Shown here: one piece after another, positions 40,750 through 52,700 of the stretch
Position numbering within the stretch: the stretch's first letter is position 1
Layout: each line of letters begins with the position of its first letter
From: Perna viridis
Taxonomy: Eukaryota
Length of the DNA stretch: 64,000 nt
Direction of reading: 5' to 3'
Assembly (NCBI GenBank): GCA_037379345.1
Contig: CM074524.1
Span: 6,855,635-6,919,634 of the forward strand
Position numbers and translations under genes: made by a program
The notes under the pieces: generated by a model
Database searches by the model: none
What the model was told of the DNA's origin: nothing
What the model saw: the letters and a program-made list of their open reading frames with translations, nothing else

Positions 40750-40812
40750 TTACCCGGATGTTGGTGATAAAACTATGTACGTTCCGGAAAGGAACAGGCT
40801 ACTTTTCCGGCG
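40750..40812. promoter_or_regulatory. Probable SMCHD1 proximal promoter
   Basis: Locally CpG-richer sequence with three CCGGA(A/T) ETS-like cores just upstream of exon 1. Confidence 0.35.
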
Positions 40813-42408
40813 AAGCTTCATGATGAAAAAGATAATTTTTTTCTCAAAAGTCTAATAAATAAGATAATAAATTTAATGCCATGAATATTCAAAATAAGAT
40901 CACTAGTGCCAAAAACTGAGTAAGATTTAACTTGTACACTGAACAAGTTCCACACACTCGTTTAATCTAGGCATTCTTGGCATTTGTGATCTACAATATT
41001 TTGGTAATTCACTCTTTCCAATTAATTATCCTATTAAGAAACCGTTTTATTATCTTTTATTTGGTCTTACCATTATTTTTGCAATGTACTTAAATTCTTA
41101 AGTTTTGAATTTTGCTACTCAACATTTTAGCCAGAAAAAGATCACCCTATCGTGTGCCAGTTTTTAATTGTTTATATTTTTAAGTTAAATCCTTTGTTCA
41201 ACTATCCAGTCCTTTTCTCTGGCTTACTCTTAGATAACATGATTTGCACATCTAACTGTCCAAGTCAAAGAAGATTTTCAATTTCCTGAAGTTTTCATCA
41301 TTTTACTTTTCATGAACAACTGTTGAGATGAATATGAAGTTTCAAGCAGTTGCAGCACTTCCTACTAAATTGAATTTCCAGCTCTTAGAACAGATCGAGT
41401 TTTTAGTGTTCAGTGTGATCTTGTTTATGAAATAACCTGCATTACAGTAAAATAGCGCAAGTTTTTGATCATGTTCATCCCTTATGTCTTTTTAACAGTG
41501 CCATAGCAAGAACTTGAATGTATTACATTACCAGAGTATTGTTTTTCTTTTTTTTCTGATTTATCTCTTGTTGACATCTATCAAAGAAATGTTCATCAGA
41601 GGATTAATATTCATTTTATTATTGGTTCTATTTCATCCCTTTTTTTCTTTTCCATTTTAACCCTAGCCCCAAGATTAAGGATTTGATCCCATTTTAAATT
41701 TACCAACATAACCCATTATGAAATAAGCAACATGGATTCCACTGAAGTCAACAGAACACAAGGATTTAAGCTTCTTGAATTACAAGTTCTCTTGGTTTGT
41801 TTTGTTCTTGATTTGAAATGAGTTTTTCAGTTGTTGAGCTAGGTTTACTCCAAGGAAGTTGACATCAGACTGCAACAAAAGCCACATATGAAGCCACATA
41901 CCAAATTTGAAATCAATCAAGTTGGGATAAATGAGACAAAATTTGGATGGACAAATAAGGTGTTTCCAATGTACCACCAATGAATTGAGATGAGGTATAA
42001 AATAGCATTGGTAAATTATCAAACCCTAACAGTGTACACGTTTTGTGTGTCAGCTTCGCAATCGTTCGCATATATATAACAACCGACTGTGTATCATAAC
42101 CTTGTTAACTCGTTAATGCCACAATTCACAACCCACTTTAACAACAAACCATACTAAAACAAGTTGCAGAGAAAACTGACAAAAATTACGAGTTGAAACT
42201 GTATGGTCAAAATATAATGATGTTGAACAGGAAGTTGATGTCGCTTTAGTAGTCTGATATCAGATCCCACAATATGGCATACCTCTACATCTATAAAATC
42301 GAGTTGCAACTTGCCAGAGAAATATCTGGGGGGTTTATGACAAACAGACAAGTGAGCATAATGACCACTACATTTGATAGAAATAATAAAACAGATTTTA
42401 AGATTTTT

Positions 42409-42414
42409 TTTATT
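42409..42414 (-). terminator. RPS8 polyadenylation signal
   Basis: AATAAA on the minus strand about 27 nt after the stop codon. Confidence 0.65.
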
Positions 42415-42440
42415 TGTCCTGCCTTTCCTCACATCACAGT

Positions 42441-42550
42441 TTATTTCCCTTTCTTGGTCTTGATCTTCCTCAAGTAGAATTCCAATTCTTTTCCCTCAAG
42501 GATATATCCGTCAGCACGTCCACATTTACCAGGTCGAGAAGCTAATTTGG
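42441..42550 (-). CDS. RPS8: RPS8 exon 6 CDS
   Basis: [35 protein letters not shown]. Confidence 0.96.
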
Positions 42551-45500
42551 CTGTAATAGAGAAAAAGACATTCAATATTATTGTGTACATACAATACTAG
42601 GTTTTAAAACAACATGAAATTTTCTCAATGCAAGTCTTCTGAATAGATAGATTCAAAATTTCTTCCAAACCTTAAAGAATATTTCCATTCACTCATGGGA
42701 CAAAATGCTTTGCATTCAGAATATATTAAAAGAAAATTTGTACTAAACATTTGGCCAAAATCTTGTTCTCAAGATGTCTGCCAGTGCTTCAACTAGTGAT
42801 GATCCTAAATTTTCCATTTTGAAAGTATATTTAAACTACTGTCAGCATAGTAAAAAATTAGTCAGGAACCATGGATTGAAACTTTTCAGAAAGTTATAAA
42901 GTTACTCAGAAATAATAATCATCACTGTCACTTAGGACTCGAAGCGAGCTGGGATTATAATTTACATCATTGTAACTTGTCAGATGAATATTAATACATG
43001 TAAAATGTCACTTCTAGTATTCCTACTAAAAAAATCTACACTTAGAATTATCTATCTTAATATAAATCAAATTGGTTCTGATGATCTAAATATTTTTTTC
43101 CCTGTTTATTAGAATCCAGGTCTAGGATAACTGGGAAGAGTGCAAATCACCACAAGTGCTGTACGTAGTTAAATACTGCTGACTAAAAGGAACTAAATGG
43201 TAAAGAAGCCCAAAAGTGGAAAATTAAAATTAAGGATCAGATATATAGGTCCCCAAAAAAATTAAGCACAATGGCAGAAAAGGAGTCTTCAGAACAAAAA
43301 TTTGAAAGATTTCCTAACATAACAACATACGAAATGTCAGACTAAAATTATAGGGACCATGCAGCTTCCCGACTGCTATAACAGGGGTTATGAAGCTCTC
43401 TTTCTTCAGGAGCATTTTAACTGAAAACACACCCAGAGGCAACTACCTTCAAAAACATTCTAATCAACCAAAATCATAACACTACAGAGGTAAATGTGTC
43501 AATGTCGACAATTCAAAATAACCAAATATTCCGTCAAGAACTATTTATGAGAGTATGTTACTCAGAAATAATAATCATCACTGTCACTTTGGACTCGAAG
43601 CGAGCTGGGATTATAATTTACATCATTGTAACACAGGATGCTTAGTACTGGAAATTTGCATGGATTCGTAAATTCTACAGGCAAACAATTAAGAACTCTA
43701 TACAAGATTGGATTATAATTTACATCATGATTTCAGTTAACAATTCGAACATCAAAGATTCTAAATTTATAGTGAAGTTCCAGTAAATGACTGTTATATG
43801 TAAGCACATTTTTTTTAATTTTCAACAGTGATCAAATTTAAGGGGAAATACTTGCTAATTGTAAGCTGAAATTCAATTTTGCTAGTAAAAATTATTTCTA
43901 CCTGCTAAAATTTGCTAGTAGAATTCTATATGTCATATTGATAAAGTCCAAAAATAACCCAAAAAAAACTTAAAAATTTAGCGAGTGTAAATTTTCTATT
44001 GTAGCAAGATAACAAAAGAAATCTGGAGACCACACGTTTATCTGTCAATCTTTCAAATAAATTTCTTCAAATGATTTGCAAAAAAAAATTCTCAGTGTAA
44101 CTATGACAACCATATCACTGAAAACAGTTACGCTGCTGTCAAAACGACGTCACAGCACTGATTTCTGGGTCAGAGTTGTATCATCATCGTAAAAGCAGCA
44201 TATTTTAAGTAATCCGTGGTTTACCTTTATTGTCCTTTTTTTTTTCATTTTTGTGACTAAAACATCGATTTATTGTTTGACAAAAGAATACATCTATTAA
44301 CAAAACATTATTTGAAAGATTCTTTTCGAGAGTTATCCAAAGAGTGGACAGAGTAAGACAATCTGATAGCAGTTTTCTAATTTACAAGTCTGTCCCAACC
44401 TGTCAGTCGCAAAACATAATCGACAGAATTTCGGGAAGAACAAAAATCCTCAGTAGATCATTTTTAATTAAATACCTTCAATGAACAGAAAATAAAATTG
44501 AAAATCTGTCAACTTTACAAATGCACCAAAGTCAGTTGCTAAATGTAATTAGGATACTGAAATCTACTAGCTTGTATTTTGTTAAGACTTCATCAAATCT
44601 TCCAGCAAATAAATTTACACATTAAATTGCTTATATTTATGTACTAGGTATATCCTCACTCATACAGAAGTTGATAACTGAGAGCAACCAAAGCCAATTA
44701 CAACGAATGCCCCATCTACCAAATTTGAAATAAACCCTTCTGTTGGAAGCAGAAACAGGGACTGAGCTCAGACAGACGGACAGAATCAAAGACACATACA
44801 AGACAATTAAAAAACACCATCAACTCATTGAGTGGGGTATAATATAGTGGACAATCATTGTTTGACCTCTACACATATTTGTGGGGTACACCTCAGGTAA
44901 AATATCATTTCCTGCAGATTTCAGATTGGTGATCAATGTCTTTTTCAAACTTCAAAAAAAATTCATTTTAAGCATCATCAGGGTAACTATGACAACCTAG
45001 TCATTGAAAGCAGTTACGCTGCTGTCAGAACGACGTTACAGCACTACTTTCTGGGTCGAAATTTTCATCATCACTTGATGCTTAAAGAACTATTGGTTCA
45101 GACATCTTGAAGGAAATTTATTTTATGAGTATTATGAATTCTTAAGCCGGTACAGACATATCATGTAAAAATCTTTAAAATCATTTTATACCAGGGTTAA
45201 TCTTAAGAGATTCCCCTTTAAACAAATGCATTTCATTGTGCGTACACATAGATTCAGACACAAAGCTATCAAAATAAAATATCTACTAGTATTCACATAC
45301 CTAAAACACGACCTGCACTGAATTCATCATCAAGAGCTTGATCAACTTTAGCAGTCTTCTGTCTTTCTTCATATTTTCTTTTTAACCTCTTGGAACCTTT
45401 TTCTAATTTGTTTAAAACAGTTTCTTCAGCTTCACTCTGGAAAAGAGAAATAAAATGTTACCTTGACCGAGTTTATTACTGGATGCTCAAAAAAAAAAAC

Positions 45501-46703
45501 ATAGCTAGATACCTAATCAGAGGTAGAACTCTGGAAAGTATACTGTAAAAATACTTTAATTCATGGATACTAATTTTCGTGGATTAGGGAGGAAACACAA
45601 ATTCGTGGTTTTGAAGTTTTCTACATGTATATAAACATCAATGGAAATCTCCTTTTCGTTGGGAACCAAATTTCTTATTTTGGTCTACTCACAAAATTCA
45701 AGAAAATTGGTACCCCACGAAAAATAGTACTTCCATATGAACACTACAGTTGATTCAACTCTGAGTTCTGATTGAAAAGAATTTTTTTTACACAGCAAGT
45801 CGAAGTAATCAGACATAAAATCTGTCATAACACAGTTATTTTTCATTGTCTAAAATTAAAAATCTAAACCTTATTTTACTTAACATGCTCATTATTTGTT
45901 GAAATAAATCACATTAAAAGAGGAAAAATTTGAAGACAGGCAAATTATATAATCTCAATAGACTGTAAGATTCGGTAAAGAAAAAAATTCCAAGAAATCT
46001 GTTTTCATTGTTTAATTTAAGATATAAAATTAGACCAACTAGATATCCTCACAAAAACCTGATCGAAGAAGTTGCCTCAGAAATTGTTCAATGCATCAAG
46101 ACTCAGCCGAAAGATGGTGATAGATGTTTCATTCATCATTGACACTTCTTACAAGGATTCAAATGAAAATCACTCCAAATTAATAAAAAACAATTATGTT
46201 TGGTTACATTGACAGCAAATGCTATACATCAATTTCTATGAAAAAAGTCGATGACTTCATTAAATGTCCAAAATAAAATTCCGAATTTTTGAGAGAGGTT
46301 AGCTGGATTTGCAGTCTCTTAACTGGTTCATAATAACCATATACTTGCCTGTGAAGTATATGTTTCCTTACCTTATTCTTGAGAAGTTGTAACAATGTTC
46401 ATTTCTATTTTTTTTAGATGCATCATAAAGGTCTTGAAATTCACAGGTTAGTAACAACAAGCATTCTGAGTGTATTGCAAAACAATACATAGTCCCCTAC
46501 CCATGTTTATATCACTGACCCAAATACTACCTTGGATCATCAAGTATAAATGACAAACTGAGGAAACGTCCTTGATTTTGAACAGAAGAAGGGATATGGA
46601 CAAAGACACGAAAGATGTTCAAATCCATTTAACAGATACTGATTTGCAAAGTTTTATGCATCGAAAATAGGACAGATTAGGTTTCAAATAACTATTGACC
46701 TGT

Positions 46704-46736
<33 letters not shown>

Positions 46737-49700
46737 AACACAATATCTGAAGTCTAAAACTGGAAGTTAGCAACTTTGGAAAAAATCAGAAAAGTAGAAC
46801 GAAATGTAAACTTGATCAGTAACTCATCAGGTTAGAGTCAAGTAATCAGAAAATCAGCTCAATATCTGCAAGCGTTTGGAAAAAAGGTGCTGAAAACTTA
46901 AACTTAAAATTTTGGTAAATTTTCAAAGTTCAAAGGCCATAACTCTGACAAAAATCAGTGAAACCTAACGAAACGCAAACTTGATCTGTAACACATCAAG
47001 GTTGACTCACATACCAAAAATCAGCTTAATACCTGCAAGCGTTATGAAAAAAGTGCGGAAATCTTCAATTTTTTTCCAGACTGACGAGCGGACAGACAGA
47101 GTGCAAATCTAAAGTCCCCTTCGGCTAAAGCCCGTAGGTCACTTACAATAAGAAATGCCAGAAAAATAGAAGACAACCTCTACCACTGTATGATTCAACC
47201 CTACCCTGTGGATAACTTTAAATAGACATTTAGTTACATTACAAGTAAACATTTCATTGCTAATTTTATCTAGCTTTTCCAATGACCCAAGGACCTTCTG
47301 AATGACTGACATGGTACCATCAGAAATAATAAATACATCAAGACTCAGCCGAAAGATGCTGATTAATGTTAATTCATCATAGGTACATTTGTACTTTTTG
47401 TAGTCAAATGTTCAACACTATTTGAGTTTGAACAGAATTATTATATCAAGAACCTCCTCACCGCTTACATTCAAACCTGATTTTACAAGGTCAACAAACA
47501 AAGCAGAAATTGGCGAAATCAATAGTAAATATACATTTAAAAAAAAAGAGTCATAACGGTAAAATCTGGATTTGAAAAAGCAGAAGAAAATCAGACTGTA
47601 TATTTGGAAAAGTCTTCAAAAAATGTGACGGCCAGCCAGCCAGACCTATCTTTACTGAACTGTTTTGATTGCCATTAAAAAAAAAAGCACAAATACAAAG
47701 AAAGTGCCTTCCCCCATTCCTCATATGTTTTACTGAAACAGACTTAAGTTATACATGTATTTTAACTTATCCTTGAATATTTCCTATGACAAAGGTATTT
47801 CAACATTGATGCATACTAATAGGTCAATATTTGATACTAATTGATGACCCCATGAAAGTATTGTGCTTTTAATTATCTTACAAATTTGGTCCCAAATAGC
47901 AATTTCTGTATTATTTAGGCATTTGTTTTTAAGGGTTTTCTTCAAAACAAATATGTGTGGTAAAGCAGGTAGGTCGATCAAATTTCTGGCAATGATTTTT
48001 GGAAAGAAGTAGACAAAAATTAGAGAGGCTATTTTACTCTTGTAACATATAGCTGCATTCCTGGCCTGAGAAAAGATTGGTGATAAAAAAGTACCATCAG
48101 GTTTATAAGATACATCAAGACTCAGTCGAAAGATGGTGATTGATGTTAATTCATCACAGGTACTGATTATAATATTGGAATTCAACAGGAAGCCATTGAA
48201 AGTCTACAACTCCAGTGTTCTAGGATTCCTATTTCCCCGTTACCCAGGGCAAGTGAAAATTGGGTCAGGGAAAGTTAGGTACTTAAATACACTTTCCCGT
48301 GGCAAGTTGAAAACTTCATTTGCTGTAAGGGTTTGTTTAGTTAGGAAAGCAGTCATTGACTGTGGGAAAGTTGCTTTTATATGAATTTTTCCCGAGGAAA
48401 CATCAATTTCTGAAAAATCCTAGAACACTGAACACTACATCATGTTTCCTTATTTCACTAACAAACAGGCATATACCAGAGGCAACAAAATATAATGACT
48501 GTTAAATGGTAAGGCTAAAAAAATGCATGTCTGTTTGCAGCAGCCCAACCAACCACTCAAAACCCCAGACCTGGATTTCTTTCTCTTTAAATTCCAGAAA
48601 AAAATCTTTGACAGTCCAATCCAAATTATAATGGGGTATCTCAATCAAGTGAAGCCGATCATGCCATTATCATTGATAATAAAAAAAAAAAAAACATTCT
48701 GACCTACTGACCTGTATATTTTTCCCCAGCAACCGAAAACAGACATCAAATCTGGTTACACAAGAAACAAGTACTATCTTTAAAAAAAAAGACAGCCGAC
48801 GCAGTAAAATTTCGTTCTTTTTTACTACTAAGTTTCTACATTTCTTTCAACAAAATAACACATGGCACGCAATAATAAAGTTTTTTTCTAATGCAATTCC
48901 AAATTTTCTATACAGATTTTTTGAATGCCACTAAGTTGTCAGTATTTGGCCAATCAGGAAAATAACTGTGATCAGGTGACTTGTGTTTCCATATAGAAGA
49001 GCGTCCTTAAGGTCAAAGGGTAAAAAGCAAAGCACTACCAACTGCGTCGGAAAAATTGGCAAAATTAAATGCTGATACACTGTAAAATGAGAATATGGAT
49101 GCGGAATATCAATATGACCTTTTAGAAGTAACTCTAGATTAAGTTTTAAGTCCTACAGGCCAAAGGTTACATACCAATTTGACATTCTTCTTTCTACCTA
49201 AAGGTTTAGCGTAGTGAGCTTCATACCACTGTCTGAATGGAGTAGCGTCAACTGATACAATTGCACTTTTGACAAGAGTTTTGGTTCTCACAAGCTCGTT
49301 GTTGCTAGCATTGTAAACAACATCAATGATACGAGTCTTCTTGGCAATGCCTGAAAAAAATTGCACAATTGGTCAAACATTTACAGTATATCTAATAAAC
49401 TATTCCAAAGTCTTACAAAACATAAACTGCAAGATTCACTTAAGAGACTACCATAGATTTCTGCTACCCATGAGTAAGTTTGCCCTGAAAATTAACTTTC
49501 CCACAACAGAAATCAATGCAAAATTTACAAATTTTGTACCTTCCACAGATTTAATTACGCTTGCCATAGGAAAACATAAATTTATTCTAGAGTCCTGTTT
49601 TGAAATCACTCAGAAATAATAATCTTCAATGTCTTCTGACTCAAAGCGAGCTGGGATTATGCTTTACATCATAGTGACTCACAAACTGAAAAAATCAACT

Positions 49701-52700
49701 CAAATTAAAAATAACCATATAATACCCTTGATTGGGATAAGAAGGAGCCCATGTGCAATTAATCATGTTTCAGCTGAAAATGTCCCATTTTAAAAATAAA
49801 TATTTTCTAAGAATGTTAAAGATAGCCTATGACTTTCTGAAGAACACTAGAAATGGCCCATTTTCAAATTTTTAATCCAAATCACAGTAGTACACCAGGT
49901 TCTCATACATCCTTGAAACCCGACAACTTAACCATTTTAATCTGAGCATCAACAATATTTATAAAGATTGATTGATTGTTGGGGTTTAATGCCCGAGCAG
50001 CAATATTTCAGCTATATTCTGACAATATATTAATATAGAGTTCAAATCCTACAACGTATACTTTTAATTTAACTGTCACTTGAAAATATACATTAGTTTG
50101 TACGGCAAAAATCTCAAGTTTTCTAACAAATGGATTTTAATGAGGATCGCAAATCTGAATATAAGGGATAAATTCCCATACATATTCTAGTGTATATTTC
50201 TGTATCAAAGTACCATCATAGTGCAATTGGTCATGCCACTCAGAAATAATAATCATCACCGTCACATTGGACTCGAAGCGAGCTGGGATTATAATTTACA
50301 TCATTGTGACATGATAGCACTTGGAAATAACAAGTACATTAGTGTAGATTTTAGAAAATTTTAGTTTTCATAGGAAATTGCAAAATAAAAATGAATTTTC
50401 CCACAGTCAAAAGTCTGCTTTCTGAACTTTAACAAATCCTTTCATAAATTCAAGTTTACTTTTTTCCAAAGGAAATATTGTTCCAAACCGAAGTTTCACT
50501 TGCCACAGGCGAAGGAAACATGGAATGCTAAAATAATGCAAGTGTATAACATACAAGTACTAAATCAATCAGTTTCTCAAAATCTTCTCATGGCACCTTT
50601 AGCAGGGATAAAGATTAACTTCTTAAGGCCAGTAACCACCTGGGCTACTACTATAAAATCAATTAGCCCAGAAAAAATGTTGGTAACCCAATCTTTTTCT
50701 GACAAAATTTTGGTACATAAAAATACTTGTTTGAGGGTATGAACTATTTGTTCATTGTTGAAACCCTCATGCAACATCAAAATGCAGAACAGGAATAAAA
50801 GCCCTGTTCCTTGATAATTTTTATTTCTTTAACTGTATTGTGTGATTTGTTGTCACACACATTCACTCATTCACTCCATAGCCTCCCTATTTATATGCAT
50901 CATGGAAAACCCTAAAATGTGCAATTAAAGTTAAAAATGTGCTTTGGAAAAAATATCTCTTTCAATGAATTAAAATTGTACCAGTTCATATAATTTCAAA
51001 ATTTTAATACATGAAACAGTAGACTCTTTGAATATTCTAGAGATGAATTTTGTTCAGGTTCTGAACAAATTAATCTCTAGAACATTCAAACAGTCTTGCA
51101 AAAACTGAATCCTCCTTTTAATCACTATCACATTCTGACACATTTTATGAAATACTGGATGCAGAAATTAATAAGCAATTCTAAAGATACCAACATCGGT
51201 TATGAACGATTTCCGTATTATTAGAACTGGTTACCAATTAGATTTAACTAGGGACACTACGTTTCCGATCAAATGGTATCCAGTTAAAACTCAGACCACA
51301 ACTTTTGTTCACAATAATTTTTTTTTTTGCAATTCGCCACCTGGGCTTCTAAAATAGAAAAAATGGTTGCCAATGCCCATTTCAGGTTGCCATTGGCGAG
51401 AGGGCAATCGTTAATCATTTCCCGTTTAGAAACACATTGTGAGAAAGGGCAGCTTTAATAAGACACATTAAAATTGTTGCTATTACAAAAATGTTTCACT
51501 ATTCATGGTGCATCAAAAAATGATGTTTGGACTAGGGTCTTCCCCTAAATGAAAATCATCTTTCCACTTGCCTCAAGAATTTGACTGAACAGTCCAGGAG
51601 CTTTAAACATTGCATAAAACAGAAATTAAAATGCCTACATGACCTAAGAAATCAAATTACAGATGAAAAAATTTCCCTTCAAATTGCACATCAACTACCA
51701 AAGACAGTGTGTCAGGCTATTGTCATTTAATCATTGGAAGACAAACTCTATACCCTGAACATAATCATTTTATGATACAGAGTAATCCATCTATACCCGA
51801 CATGTATAATGCAAGAAATTTGTGAAGCTCTTCAGATATGCTAAGTTTTATTAACTTCTGAGAAATCAGAAATGTAAGTTCATAATTGGTCCTATACTTT
51901 ATAAGAGAATCCTTTGCCCACATGATCAGTTCTTTATTTCTAAAAAATCTCCTTAGATGTGACCAGTTTTAACCATGATGAAAAAACTAAAAAGTCACTC
52001 AGAAATAATAATCTTCAATGTCGTTTGACTCAAAGCGAGCTGGGATTATGCTTTACATCATAGTGACTCACAAACTGTAAAAATCATTTAAATATCTAAT
52101 AACCACATAAAATAATTTGATTTGTTTTAATTTGTTGTTTTAAATTAGAACATGATGAAAAGGATCAGTCAACCTCAACCTATAACTCCTAAATGAATTA
52201 AGATTTGCACGTAAGGAAATGGTTTAATATGATGGCCTAGACTGCTTCCAATAGAAATTCTTGAAGTTGTTGATTATGGTTACATGAAGTTGACATTACC
52301 ATTTTCTAACCTACATAAACATGACAGCAGGAAAATGTATGTTCCAGTCTAATCCATAATGTAAGATAGAGGATACAGGTGGGAAAATTGAATTCTTATC
52401 CCCAGTTTAAAGAAGTATAACGACTCGGTATATACTGCACTGAAGAATTCAGTAGTTTGCACTTTTATCAATTTGTTAATTGGTCCAGTTCAGAAAAAAA
52501 AAAACCAACAATGAACTCTTCACAAGTGCATTTAGTATTATAATAATATTATCTAGAAATAGGATTGAAAATTAAACTGAAGTAACCAGACCAAATTCAA
52601 ATGGTATCAAGTATAGATGTCCTTGCATAGTGCTACCTTAACAAATGTTATTGCAAATCATACACACATATTTTTATAATTTTAATATCATGTATCTATG

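Noticed and set aside
43709-43728. Possible thirteenth snoRNA
   Set aside because: Only a ~20-nt fragment of the family A 5' end; no full guide or D box
48796-49050. 10-bp inverted repeat CCGACGCAGT/ACTGCGTCGG
   Set aside because: Too short, with no TSD or second copy to support an element
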